Below, piece by piece: positions 51,282-59,968 of a stretch of 64,000 nucleotides of DNA; the stretch's first letter is position 1; each line of letters begins with the position of its first letter. The stretch spans positions 4,210-68,209 of the forward strand of contig PHDB01000011.1 of the NCBI GenBank assembly GCA_002842495.1, given 5' to 3'. Made by a program: the position numbers and the translations under genes. The stretch is from Bacteroidetes bacterium HGW-Bacteroidetes-6. GTDB taxonomy: Bacteria > Bacteroidota > Bacteroidia > Bacteroidales > DTU049. The notes below the pieces were generated by a model. It was not told the origin of the DNA. It worked only from the letters and a program-made list of their open reading frames with translations, and did no database searches.

Positions 51282-52277
51282 CTATTTGCTTGTTTCATTC
51301 AGCAAAGAAAGGAATCGGTCTTTGTTTACAGGTACCACTCCGACATATTCGCATACGATGCCTGCAGCCATATTGCTCCAGACTGCCATTTCGGAGGGAG
51401 TAGCTCCTAGTGTGAGAGCAAGTGCAGCTACTGCAATAACTGTATCGCCAGCACCCGATACATCGGCCACATTGCGTACCCGTGATGGAATGTGAAAATA
51501 GCCAGGTTGGTTGTTTTCGGCATGACACAAAAGCATTCCCCGTTCGCCCAGCGTGAGTAGTAGATACCGAATATCCTGCATTCTCCGGAATTCTTCGCAT
51601 TTTGCTGCCAGCAATCCAATATCCTCGGGCAAATCAGCATTGAGGGCTTCGCGAAGCTCTTTCAAATTGGGTTTAAAGACGGTTACGCTCTTATAAGCCA
51701 TGAAATTCCGCTTTTTCGGATCGACCAGTACCGGAACTTTTCTTTTGTTTGCAATAGCAATCACATTTTCGATGATGGTGCTGTCGATAACTCCCTTGTC
51801 GTAGTCTTCGAATACAATAGCATCAAAATGTTCGCGGGTAAGCAACTTCTCAACATGATCACCAAAATCGTGTTGCAATCGATCGGGCAGAGGAGTATCA
51901 GTTTCTTCGTCAACCCTTAACATCTGAACATTGTTGCCAATGATGCGAAATTTGGTAGTGGTTTTGCGTTCAGCACTGTTGAGTAAGCCGTTCACAGGTA
52001 TATTTTGCTCTTGGAGCAAGTTGGCAAATATTTCAGCTTTATCGTCGGCACCAATTACTGCAGCCAATACAGCAATACTTTCGAGTGCATTGATGTTGAG
52101 CGCAACATTTGCAGCTCCACCCAAACGATTTTCGCGCTTTTCAACAGCTACAATCGGAACCGGAGCTTCGGGGCTGATACGGTCAACATTTCCCCAAATG
52201 TACGAATCGAGCATTACATCGCCAATAATGAGTATTTTCTTTCCACTAAAAGGATTGGAAGACGTTTTCATAATCAA
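51282..52277 (-). CDS. PfkB-family sugar kinase, RfaE domain I-like (D-glycero-beta-D-manno-heptose-7-phosphate kinase)
   Basis: It has KILIIGDVMLDSYIWGNVDRISPEAPVPIV, GGAANVALN and the C-terminal DVSGAGDTV motif. Confidence 0.8.
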   Translation of the reverse strand: MIMKTSSNPFSGKKILIIGDVMLDSYIWGNVDRISPEAPVPIVAVEKRENRLGGAANVALNINALESIAVLAAVIGADDKAEIFANLLQEQNIPVNGLLNSAERKTTTKFRIIGNNVQMLRVDEETDTPLPDRLQHDFGDHVEKLLTREHFDAIVFEDYDKGVIDSTIIENVIAIANKRKVPVLVDPKKRNFMAYKSVTVFKPNLKELREALNADLPEDIGLLAAKCEEFRRMQDIRYLLLTLGERGMLLCHAENNQPGYFHIPSRVRNVADVSGAGDTVIAVAALALTLGATPSEMAVWSNMAAGIVCEYVGVVPVNKDRFLSLLNETSK

Positions 52278-52870
52278 TTGTTTTTTTGCTTTTCGATAAA
52301 AAGATAAACAATCCGGTCGAAATGTTCGTGGTTTTTAAGCGTGTAATGCAGTAAAATATTATCACCTTTTGTTGTTGTGTGCGAATATGTACTTGGGTTT
52401 TCGTATCTCATATTTCGTCCGACAAACCATATGTTGTAATGTTCGGATGTGTCGATGCCCGAAACCAAAATGCTTAAATCGGTTCCGTTATCGAGAAAGA
52501 TGCTGTCGCAATCAAAATCAACAATATAATCTTTATAGAAAATGCCGTTGTAGTTGGTTTCATTGCTATCGATAACCAGCGGTTTTTCGTCCCAGAAGTA
52601 ATATTCGGAGCCATTAAAACTCACCGGGCTATCGTAGTAATTTTCGGTATTGTTATGTTTATCAATACGCTCGCTCCATTTATCCATTTTTTTAGAGAGC
52701 CCCATGATAGCCGATACAACCAGATAAATAAGTAACAATAAACATGCAGCAAGCAATGCAATTCCTGGGGTGTATTGTTTTTTGTTTTTATTGATGAGAC
52801 CAACAATGAGTAATGTAATACCAGCTAGTCCAAGCAAAATGCAAAATATAATCAACAGAAGCCATTCCAT
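52274..52870 (-). CDS. Hypothetical membrane protein
   Basis: The ATG at 52870 (MEWLLLIIFCILLGLAGITLLIVGL) gives two N-terminal TM helices and a soluble C-terminal domain. It overlaps the kinase gene by 4 bp. No family was recognised. Confidence 0.45.
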   Translation of the reverse strand: MEWLLLIIFCILLGLAGITLLIVGLINKNKKQYTPGIALLAACLLLLIYLVVSAIMGLSKKMDKWSERIDKHNNTENYYDSPVSFNGSEYYFWDEKPLVIDSNETNYNGIFYKDYIVDFDCDSIFLDNGTDLSILVSGIDTSEHYNIWFVGRNMRYENPSTYSHTTTKGDNILLHYTLKNHEHFDRIVYLFIEKQKNN

Positions 52871-53004
52871 CTTTTTTTTTACAAAAGTAATCAATTCTGA
52901 GTGGATGAAAAGGAATATTGAAGTTTCCTCAGTGGCTAAGATAAGGAAGAAAATTTAGCGGATTAGCAAATATTCAACTTTATGAATTTTGCAAACGCAA
53001 TACT

Positions 53005-53559
53005 TCAGACAATCATCTCCAGCACTTTTATGATCAAATTTTCGGGCAAAAATGTCCGCCACGGAAGTTCGTTAAGCTTGTCTTCCAAAATAACGTAGTG
53101 CCCGAGCCGGCCTTTACGCATTTCGGCAATCACATGTGGTAGCATACCAATACACACAATCCAACCGTTTTCAATTTCTTCGGCCCATTCTTCGTAGTAG
53201 GCAGTGTCGGAATAATGAAAATTGAGCACATTTTCTCCTATCAAAATAAACTGTATTATGCCGTTTTCCATCAAAGGCTCAATTACATTGCGTTTCAGAA
53301 ACATAATGTCGTTGTAGAGGCAATCGTTCCATTCGCCTAAGAGCTCAATAATGGCAGTCCCACGCGGATAATCGGCATACAAAATTTTCAGATACAGCGT
53401 ATTCGACCCAAAATCATCCCACTGTGGATGTATGTAATAATTGTAAACGGTATGAGTAAAATAAATATCGCTGTATTCGCGACCGTAAAAGGGCGACATA
53501 CTGTCATCCTCACTTGTGTAGAGGTGGCGCCAATTGTAGAATGGCTCGATTTCGTGCAT
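53005..53559 (-). CDS. Hypothetical cytoplasmic protein (184 aa), co-transcribed with the FNR-like regulator
   Basis: It starts at an ATG 6 bp after the regulator stop. It is Trp/Tyr-rich and has no TM helix or signal peptide. No family was recognised. Confidence 0.45.
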   Translation of the reverse strand: MHEIEPFYNWRHLYTSEDDSMSPFYGREYSDIYFTHTVYNYYIHPQWDDFGSNTLYLKILYADYPRGTAIIELLGEWNDCLYNDIMFLKRNVIEPLMENGIIQFILIGENVLNFHYSDTAYYEEWAEEIENGWIVCIGMLPHVIAEMRKGRLGHYVILEDKLNELPWRTFLPENLIIKVLEMIV

Positions 53560-53565
53560 ACAAAT

Positions 53566-54285
53566 CTATCCGTGGTCGCTAATCATTTTCAGGCGATCGA
53601 AATCAATAATTTCAATTTCCTTACCATTGATTTTAATGATTTTTTCTTTACGGAATTCGCTCAAAATACGAATTACATTTTCTGTTGTCATGCCAATGAG
53701 TTCTGCAATTTCTTTTCGCGAAACAGGCAATTCGAAAATATGTGATTTGTAAATATTGAGAGAGAAATCAAGCATGGTCATCGCTATCCGACCACGAAGA
53801 TTGCGACTATTGTTTTGGATAAAATGGTCAATAATATCGTCAGCTGTTTTACTTGATTTTTTCAGCAATCCAATGCCGAAATTCCCATGACGCATGGCTA
53901 AATCGACAATCAGATTCAACGGGAATACACAAATCTCGGTATATTCTATTGCTGTCATTGAATATGCGTAGTTTTTACCATGAAAAACAGTAAGCAGGCT
54001 GATGTAATCGTGAGGTTTAGCTATGGTAATAATATGGTTCCGTTTCGATTCGGTTACTTTCGATAGTTTAACGATTCCGCTTTTGATGTAAAAAAAGTCA
54101 ACAATAGGCTCGTTTTGCCTTACAATCACTTCGCCTTTTTTAAATGAACGCTCTCTTTTTACGCTGCAAAGAATATCAGACTCTTCTTCGGGGACATAAT
54201 TGAATATAAGATGTTTGAGAACGCATTCTTCGCAATTGCAATTCTCTGCCTTATGTTTGAGCTCTTGTACCTGTATTTCATTCAT
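53566..54285 (-). CDS. Crp/Fnr-family transcriptional regulator with an N-terminal Cys cluster (FNR-like)
   Basis: The cNMP-binding-type beta-roll is followed by a C-terminal HTH (SRKEIAELIGMTTENVIRILSEF). The N-terminal CNCEECVLKH and a central Cys (TEICVF) resemble the FNR Fe-S ligand arrangement. Confidence 0.75.
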   Translation of the reverse strand: MNEIQVQELKHKAENCNCEECVLKHLIFNYVPEEESDILCSVKRERSFKKGEVIVRQNEPIVDFFYIKSGIVKLSKVTESKRNHIITIAKPHDYISLLTVFHGKNYAYSMTAIEYTEICVFPLNLIVDLAMRHGNFGIGLLKKSSKTADDIIDHFIQNNSRNLRGRIAMTMLDFSLNIYKSHIFELPVSRKEIAELIGMTTENVIRILSEFRKEKIIKINGKEIEIIDFDRLKMISDHG

Positions 54286-54315
54286 AATAATCTGGTTAGA
54301 ATATAAATCAATGAA

Positions 54316-54327
54316 TGATTTTTATCA
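54316..54327. promoter_or_regulatory. Candidate Crp/Fnr-type box TGAT-N4-ATCA
   Basis: aTGATttttATCAt matches the core of TTGAT-N4-ATCAA. It overlaps a second palindrome, AATCA-N5-TGATT (54306-54320). It lies in the 110-bp divergent region between the regulator and the sulfur operon. Confidence 0.3.
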
Positions 54328-54360
54328 TAAAACCATTGTCAAAGAGTATGTTTTGCACTT

Positions 54361-54368
54361 TAACTTTG
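54361..54368 (+). promoter_or_regulatory. -7 promoter box TAACTTTG
   Basis: It matches TAnnTTTG and ends 28 bp upstream of the ATG at 54396. Confidence 0.35.
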
Positions 54369-54395
54369 CAAATATAATTAAATTAATTGTTCACA

Positions 54396-55631
54396 ATGAA
54401 GAAAATAGTGATTCTCGGAGCCGGTACTGCCGGAACCATGATGGTAAACAAATTGCGCAAAGCTTTGCCGCGCGATGAGTGGGATTTGACAGTCATTGAC
54501 AAGCATCGCACCCATTATTACCAACCTGGTTTTTTGTTTATTCCTTTTGGGATTTATTCGAAAGATGATGTAATCAAGCCTAAAGCCGATTTTTTCCCGG
54601 TTGGAGTGAATGTTGTTTTTGGGGATACCGATCGCATTGTACCTGAAGAAAATAAAGTGCAAATGAAAGACGGTACTATTTATCAGTATGATTTTCTGAT
54701 TGTTGCAACAGGAACACAAACCCGTCCCGATCAAACTCCCGGGCTGAAAGACAAACTTTGGTACAAGGATATTTTCGATTTTTATACTATTGAGGGAGCT
54801 GTAGCTCTGCGCGAATTTTTTAAAAGTTGGGAAGGCGGAAACTTGGTGATGAATATTGCCGAGGTGCCTTACAAATGTCCGGTTGCTCCGCTGGAATTTG
54901 TTTTTTTGGCCGATGAGTATTTTACAAAAATTGGGATTCGCAATAAAGTAAATATCTCGTATGTTACTCCTATGTCGGGTGCCTTTACCAAACCGCGTGC
55001 ATCAAAAATGCTGGCAGGGTTGCTCGAAGAGAAAAATATTAATGTGATTCCCGATTTTTATATTGAAGCTGTTGACAACGAGAAAAAAGTAATACGTAGT
55101 TACGATGGCAATGAGGTGCCTTTCGATGTCCTTGCAATTGTGCCGGTAAACATGGGTGACGATGTGATAGCCCGCAGTGGATTGGGTGATGATCTGAATT
55201 ATGTGTTAACTGATAAATACACCCTTCGCTCCGAAAAACACGAAAATATTTTTGTTCTTGGCGATGCCGGAAACCTACCTACTTCAAAAGCCGGCTCGGT
55301 AGCTCATTTTTCGGCCGATATTCTGTTCGAAAATCTGATGAGTGCAATCGAAGGCCGCCCATTGCATGCAAAATTTGATGGTCACGCCAATTGTTATATC
55401 GAAACAGGATTTGGAAAAGGTTCACTCATTGATTTTAACTATGATACTGAACCACTTCCGGGAACATTCCCATTGCCCGGAATCGGGCCATTTGGGTTGT
55501 TGAAAAACACCCGCATGAATCATTATGGAAAAGTAATGTTTCGCTGGATTTACTGGCATATTTTGCTGAAAGGTAAAGAAATGCCTATTGAGCCGTTGAT
55601 GACCATGGCCGGAAAATGTAAAAACTGCTAA
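54396..55631 (+). CDS. FAD-dependent pyridine-nucleotide-disulfide-family oxidoreductase, sulfide:quinone-oxidoreductase-like
   Basis: The ATG at 54396 gives MKKIVILGAGTAGTMM (FAD-binding GxGxxG). A KCPVAPLEF loop resembles the redox-Cys loop of SQRs, and a later Cys sits in GHANCYIETG. A second dinucleotide-type segment is VLGDAGN. Confidence 0.7.
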   Translation: MKKIVILGAGTAGTMMVNKLRKALPRDEWDLTVIDKHRTHYYQPGFLFIPFGIYSKDDVIKPKADFFPVGVNVVFGDTDRIVPEENKVQMKDGTIYQYDFLIVATGTQTRPDQTPGLKDKLWYKDIFDFYTIEGAVALREFFKSWEGGNLVMNIAEVPYKCPVAPLEFVFLADEYFTKIGIRNKVNISYVTPMSGAFTKPRASKMLAGLLEEKNINVIPDFYIEAVDNEKKVIRSYDGNEVPFDVLAIVPVNMGDDVIARSGLGDDLNYVLTDKYTLRSEKHENIFVLGDAGNLPTSKAGSVAHFSADILFENLMSAIEGRPLHAKFDGHANCYIETGFGKGSLIDFNYDTEPLPGTFPLPGIGPFGLLKNTRMNHYGKVMFRWIYWHILLKGKEMPIEPLMTMAGKCKNC

Positions 55632-56233
55632 TGCAACGTGCTATGGAAAATGTACAGAATCAAATAAACGACATCAATAACAAACTCGACCTTATGCTGG
55701 AATACATGGCCGAACAGCGCCAGCGTAGTCAGGTAATTGGCGATTTGGTGCAGGATGTCTCAATTGTAGGTCGCGATGCTTTCAAGTATGCCGTTGATGA
55801 ACTTGATAAGCAAGCGCTGGAAATCGATCCTGAGCAGGTTAAAATGCTTTTTATCCGCTTAGTCAAGAATGTGGAGAATTTTAATAACCTTTTGGGAATG
55901 CTTAATAGTCTGAGCGATTTGGCTAAAGATGCTGCCCCAATCATTAACGAAGTCATTATTGATGTTACCTATAAATTGGCCGAACTCGAAAATAAAGGTG
56001 TTTTCAAATCGTTGATGGCCATTGGTAACAACCTTAGTAGTCCACAGGTACTGACAGGATTTGAAAATATTTCGTATGCACTGGCTACCGTAAAGCCCGA
56101 CGATAAAATTGACAACAAGAGCTTATGGAAGATATTCCGCGAACTCCGGTCGAAAGAAGTTAGGCAAAGCCTAAGCTATATGTTGCGCATAGTAAAGGCA
56201 ACACAACAAACTAAAGAAGTTGAACAACAATAA
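55631..56233 (+). CDS. DUF1641-like helical protein
   Basis: The 200-aa all-helical ORF overlaps the flavoprotein stop by 1 nt (TAATG). The segment NLLGMLNSLSDLAKDAAPIINEVI..LAELENKGVF resembles DUF1641, a family that often sits next to such flavoproteins. Confidence 0.5.
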   Translation: MQRAMENVQNQINDINNKLDLMLEYMAEQRQRSQVIGDLVQDVSIVGRDAFKYAVDELDKQALEIDPEQVKMLFIRLVKNVENFNNLLGMLNSLSDLAKDAAPIINEVIIDVTYKLAELENKGVFKSLMAIGNNLSSPQVLTGFENISYALATVKPDDKIDNKSLWKIFRELRSKEVRQSLSYMLRIVKATQQTKEVEQQ

Positions 56234-56244
56234 AACAGAACGAA

Positions 56245-56556
56245 ATGGCAACAAAAATGTATGGCGGTAGCACCGTCGAAGTAACTGAAGAAGGTTACAT
56301 GGTTAATATGAATGAATGGTCAAGAGAAATTGCAATTGAAATTGCAAAAGAACAGGGTATTGAACTTACCGATAAACATTTTGAGCTGATGGATTATCTT
56401 CGCACAAAACAAGCTGCCGGCGAAACCCTCACAATTCGTGCAGTTGGCAAAAGTGGTATTGTTGATATAAAAGGGTTTTATGAACTGTTTCCGGGTGGTC
56501 CGCTCAAACTAGGAACCAAGATTGCAGGTCTTCCCAAACCAACAAGTTGTGTGTAA
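56245..56556 (+). CDS. TusE/DsrC-family sulfur-relay protein (single C-terminal Cys)
   Basis: It has the typical family layout (EEGYMVNMNEWSREIAIEIAKEQGIELTDKHFELMDYLR ... LFPGGPLKLGTKIAGLPKPTSCV). The penultimate Cys is present. The second Cys expected 11 residues upstream is replaced by Thr. Confidence 0.85.
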   Translation: MATKMYGGSTVEVTEEGYMVNMNEWSREIAIEIAKEQGIELTDKHFELMDYLRTKQAAGETLTIRAVGKSGIVDIKGFYELFPGGPLKLGTKIAGLPKPTSCV

Positions 56557-56573
56557 CAAAAAAACAAAATAAC

Positions 56574-57086
56574 ATGAATGCAAAATCATCGGATTACCCG
56601 ATTAAAAAAGTATCGATAATCTGCGCCAAAGGAAATCTCGAGGATGTGTATGCAACCCTGGTGATGTCGAATGGTGCTGTGATGGAAGGTATGGAAGCCA
56701 AAGTGTTTTTCACCTTCTTTGGTCTGGATGCCATTACCAAAAAAGGAAACCGAATGAATAAGCTGCATACAGCAACAATCGGCAATCCTGCATTGCGCTT
56801 TCCAAATGGCTGGCGCGTTCCGACATGGTTGGGCTCGATTCCGGGAATGGAAGCCATGACTTCGGGAATGATGAAGAAGACAATGGAAAAACTTGATATT
56901 CCCACAGTTGACGAATTTCTCGAAATGATTACCGCTGGTGGTGGCGAAATTTATGCATGTAAGCTAGCAATGGATATGTTTAAATTAAAAAAAGAAGATT
57001 TGTCGGAACATGTAAAAGGAGTTCTTACTGTCGGTGAATTTTACGAAATGGCCGGTGGCGAAGGTGCCCAAATTATTTTCACATAA
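56574..57086 (+). CDS. DsrE/DsrF-like family protein
   Basis: The ATG at 56574 gives MNAKSSDYPIKKVSIICAKGNLEDVYATLVMSNGA..KVFFTFFGLD and the conserved Cys context IYACKLAMDMF. Confidence 0.7.
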   Translation: MNAKSSDYPIKKVSIICAKGNLEDVYATLVMSNGAVMEGMEAKVFFTFFGLDAITKKGNRMNKLHTATIGNPALRFPNGWRVPTWLGSIPGMEAMTSGMMKKTMEKLDIPTVDEFLEMITAGGGEIYACKLAMDMFKLKKEDLSEHVKGVLTVGEFYEMAGGEGAQIIFT

Positions 57087-57103
57087 GGCTTACATTTGTT
57101 TTT

Positions 57104-57141
57104 TGTAGAGATGTTGCATGCAGTGTCTCTACATTTTTTTT
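57104..57141 (+). terminator. Rho-independent terminator after the sulfur-relay operon
   Basis: An 8-bp stem TGTAGAGA / TCTCTACA with a 14-nt loop is followed by an 8-T run, 18 bp after the stop at 57086. Confidence 0.6.
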
Positions 57142-57182
57142 ACATATATGGCACACAATTTGATATTTTCCGTGCGAAATTG

Positions 57183-57190
57183 TACTTTTG
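57183..57190 (+). promoter_or_regulatory. -7 promoter box TACTTTTG
   Basis: It matches TAnnTTTG and ends 24 bp upstream of the ATG at 57214. Confidence 0.35.
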
Positions 57191-57213
57191 CTTTTTAAAA
57201 ACTTACGGGAATT

Positions 57214-57651
57214 ATGAAAATCGCTTACATTTTTTTTCTCATTTGGGGATTAACTGCTCTTTCGGCAGGAGCCCAAACCAATGGAGCTTTTATTAAATTC
57301 AATGAAGTGATTCACGATTTCGGCGAACTAACACAAGGCGATAAAGCTGAAGTTGAATTTGTTTTTACTAACACAGGCGATGCACCCTTACTTTTGTCGA
57401 ATGTTCGCTCAACCTGTGGTTGTACTGTCCCTACTTGGCCTCATGATCCCATTTTGCCCAAAGGAAGTGCATCTATTAAAGTGAAATACGATTCGAACCG
57501 TATTGGCGGTATCAACAAGCAGATCACCGTAGAGTCAAATGCAACGAATGGTGTCATTTATCTCAAAATTTTAGGAAATATCTCCAAAAAGCCTGAGGAA
57601 ATCATGCCATTTCAGAATTTTGATGGCAACGGAACTCCAATTGCACAATAA
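57214..57651 (+). CDS. DUF1573-domain exported protein
   Basis: It has a signal peptide and the DUF1573 signature HDFGELTQGDKAEVEFVFTNTGDAPLLLSNVRSTCGCTVPTWP. Confidence 0.8.
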   Translation: MKIAYIFFLIWGLTALSAGAQTNGAFIKFNEVIHDFGELTQGDKAEVEFVFTNTGDAPLLLSNVRSTCGCTVPTWPHDPILPKGSASIKVKYDSNRIGGINKQITVESNATNGVIYLKILGNISKKPEEIMPFQNFDGNGTPIAQ

Positions 57652-57666
57652 TAAAAATTCAATATC

Positions 57667-58050
57667 ATGAAACGTCTCATATTATCTTTTTTGGTTTTTT
57701 GCTTACCTGTTGCATTTCTGATAGCTCAAAATGTGGCTTCTGGTCCGGTTATTACTTTTCAGGAGAAAACACATGATTTTGGTGATGTGAAAAAAGGCCA
57801 ACCTGTTACATTCGAGTTTGTTTTTACCAATACCGGAAAACAACCGCTCTTGCTTTCGGAGCCCCGTTCGAGCTGTGGCTGCACCATCCCTTCGTGGCCT
57901 AAAGAACCAATAATGCCTGGGCAGAAAAAAAGTATTAGTATCACATTCGATGCAGAGAAGGAAGGCGAATTCAGTAAACAAGTCACTATTTTGTCAAATG
58001 CCGAAAATTCGCCCGAAGTTCTTGTTATTAAAGGTTTTGTTGTACTCTGA
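57667..58050 (+). CDS. DUF1573-domain exported protein (tandem paralog)
   Basis: It has a signal peptide and the DUF1573 signature HDFGDVKKGQPVTFEFVFTNTGKQPLLLSEPRSSCGCTIPSWP. Confidence 0.8.
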   Translation: MKRLILSFLVFCLPVAFLIAQNVASGPVITFQEKTHDFGDVKKGQPVTFEFVFTNTGKQPLLLSEPRSSCGCTIPSWPKEPIMPGQKKSISITFDAEKEGEFSKQVTILSNAENSPEVLVIKGFVVL

Positions 58051-58088
58051 TAAAAATTTTGTCAGTTGCAGATTTTTTTGAACCTTTG

Positions 58089-58121
58089 TCCCGTCAAAAC
58101 ACAATTGACGGGATTTTTTTT
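58089..58121 (+). terminator. Rho-independent terminator after the DUF1573 pair
   Basis: A 9-bp stem TCCCGTCAA / TTGACGGGA is followed by an 8-T run. Confidence 0.65.
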
Positions 58122-58138
58122 ATTTAATACAATTTTTT

Positions 58139-59335
58139 ATGCCAGGAATTTCTAAAAAAGGTCAAAATATGCCTGCTTCGCCTATCCGCAAGCTGGTTCC
58201 TTTTGCTGATGCCGCCAAAAAGCGCGGAGTTAAGGTTTATCATCTCAATATCGGGCAACCCGATATCCCAACCCCTGATGTAGCGATGGAGGCCATTCGC
58301 AATTTTCGTCAAACTGTTGTCGAATACAGCCATTCGGCTGGAATTCTGTCGTATCGTCAGAAACTGACGCAATATTATGCCAAGAATAATATCAAAATTA
58401 CAGCCGACGACATTATTGTTACGGCTGGTGGCTCCGAAGCTATTCTGATAGCAGTGAGTACCATTATGGATCCGGACGACGAAATGATTGTTCCAGAGCC
58501 ATTTTATGCTAATTATAATGGCTTTTCTGTTAATGCCGGAGTAAAGGTTGTACCTATTCCCAGCAGCATCGAAAATGGATTTGGCTTGCCTCCTATCGAA
58601 GACTTCGAAAAGGTAATTACATCCCGAACAAAAGCCATTTTGGTCTGCAATCCCAATAATCCAACGGGATATCTCTATTCAAAAGAAGAAATTGAAAGAT
58701 TAGGACGTTTGGCAAAAAAACATGATTTGTATTTGCTTGCCGACGAAGTTTACCGCGAATTTGTTTACGATGGCGAACAGCATTTTTCGGTAATGCATCT
58801 CGATGGATTAGACGATAATTGTATTTTGGTTGATTCGGTGTCGAAGCGTTACAGTGCTTGTGGCTTCCGCATTGGAGCTATGATTTCGAAAAATAAAGAG
58901 GTGATGAGTGCGGCAATGAAGTTTGCTCAGGCTCGTTTGAGTCCGCCAACTTTTGGGCAGGTGGCTTCTGAAGCAGCCATCGATACTCCCGAATCGTATT
59001 TTCGCGAAGTGAAGGCCGAATATGTTGCACGCCGAGATGTAGTTGTACAAGCTATGAACAAAATGGACGGCGTTTTCTGCCCCAATCCTCGTGGCGCGTT
59101 CTATGTAGTGGCTCGCTTGCCAATTACCGACAGTGATCATTTTTGTCAATGGTTGCTTGAGGATTTCAACCTCAACGGCGAGACAGTGATGCTGGCTCCT
59201 GCAACTGGTTTCTATTCCACTCCCGGGATGGGAAAAGACGAAGTTCGCATCAGTTATGTGCTGAATGTTTCGGATCTGAAACGCAGTATGGAAATTCTCG
59301 ATGCAGCTATTAAAGTATATCCGGGAAGAAAATAA
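58139..59335 (+). CDS. Class I/II PLP-dependent aminotransferase (aspartate/aromatic aminotransferase-like)
   Basis: It has NIGQPD, CNPNNPTG, LADEVYREF and the PLP-lysine motif SVSKRYSACGFRIG. Confidence 0.85.
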   Translation: MPGISKKGQNMPASPIRKLVPFADAAKKRGVKVYHLNIGQPDIPTPDVAMEAIRNFRQTVVEYSHSAGILSYRQKLTQYYAKNNIKITADDIIVTAGGSEAILIAVSTIMDPDDEMIVPEPFYANYNGFSVNAGVKVVPIPSSIENGFGLPPIEDFEKVITSRTKAILVCNPNNPTGYLYSKEEIERLGRLAKKHDLYLLADEVYREFVYDGEQHFSVMHLDGLDDNCILVDSVSKRYSACGFRIGAMISKNKEVMSAAMKFAQARLSPPTFGQVASEAAIDTPESYFREVKAEYVARRDVVVQAMNKMDGVFCPNPRGAFYVVARLPITDSDHFCQWLLEDFNLNGETVMLAPATGFYSTPGMGKDEVRISYVLNVSDLKRSMEILDAAIKVYPGRK

Positions 59336-59447
59336 ATTTTCGAGCCTGTCGGGGTTCGACGGGTTCTTTTTTAGAGTGGGGAAAACCACCATAAAAAACG
59401 GCGAATCCGAAAAGCCTATGAGTAGGAATCATTTAAATTCATGAATT

Positions 59448-59918
59448 ATGGGATTTTTTCAATCATTAAAAAACAAAATGGGAATTGGTGGAGTGAAAGT
59501 TGAACTTCAGGTTCCTGCCGAAGCATCGAAGGCTGATGGAACTATTGCTGGTAAAATAATTCTTACTACAAAAAGCGATCAGGAGGTGAAGGACATTGAG
59601 GTGAAAGTTATCGAAGAGTACACCACTGGTAGGGGCGATGATAAAGAAACAAAAGAATACACTTTGGGCGTGGCCAAATTCAGTGAAGCATTTACCATTA
59701 AAGAAGGCGAGACTAAGGAAATTCCTTTCTCTGTTTCGTTTGCCATGCTTAAATCGAATAATGATGAACTGAAAGAAAAAGGTGGTGCATTGGGTGCATT
59801 AGGCAAAGTAGGTGCATTTGCTGATAACGAAAAATCAAAATATTTTGTTGAGGCTGATGTTGATGTTAAGAGTGCAGCACTTGATCCTTCCGATAAAAAA
59901 CAAATTAAGCTGGTTTAA
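59448..59918 (+). CDS. SpoOM-family (sporulation-control-like, arrestin-fold) protein
   Basis: The N-terminus MGFFQSLKNKMGIGGVKVELQV..GTIAGKIILTTKSDQEVKDIEVKVIE resembles the SpoOM family opening. Confidence 0.55.
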   Translation: MGFFQSLKNKMGIGGVKVELQVPAEASKADGTIAGKIILTTKSDQEVKDIEVKVIEEYTTGRGDDKETKEYTLGVAKFSEAFTIKEGETKEIPFSVSFAMLKSNNDELKEKGGALGALGKVGAFADNEKSKYFVEADVDVKSAALDPSDKKQIKLV

Positions 59919-59934
59919 GAGCCATTGATATTGT

Positions 59935-59968
59935 AAAAAAAAAGCTGCCTTTTCGGGGCAGCTTTTTT
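59935..59968. terminator. Bidirectional terminator between convergent genes
   Basis: The stem AGCTGCC / GGCAGCT is extended by an A-run and a T-run. It lies between the stop at 59918 (+) and the Arc-like gene stop at 59967 (-). Confidence 0.65.
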
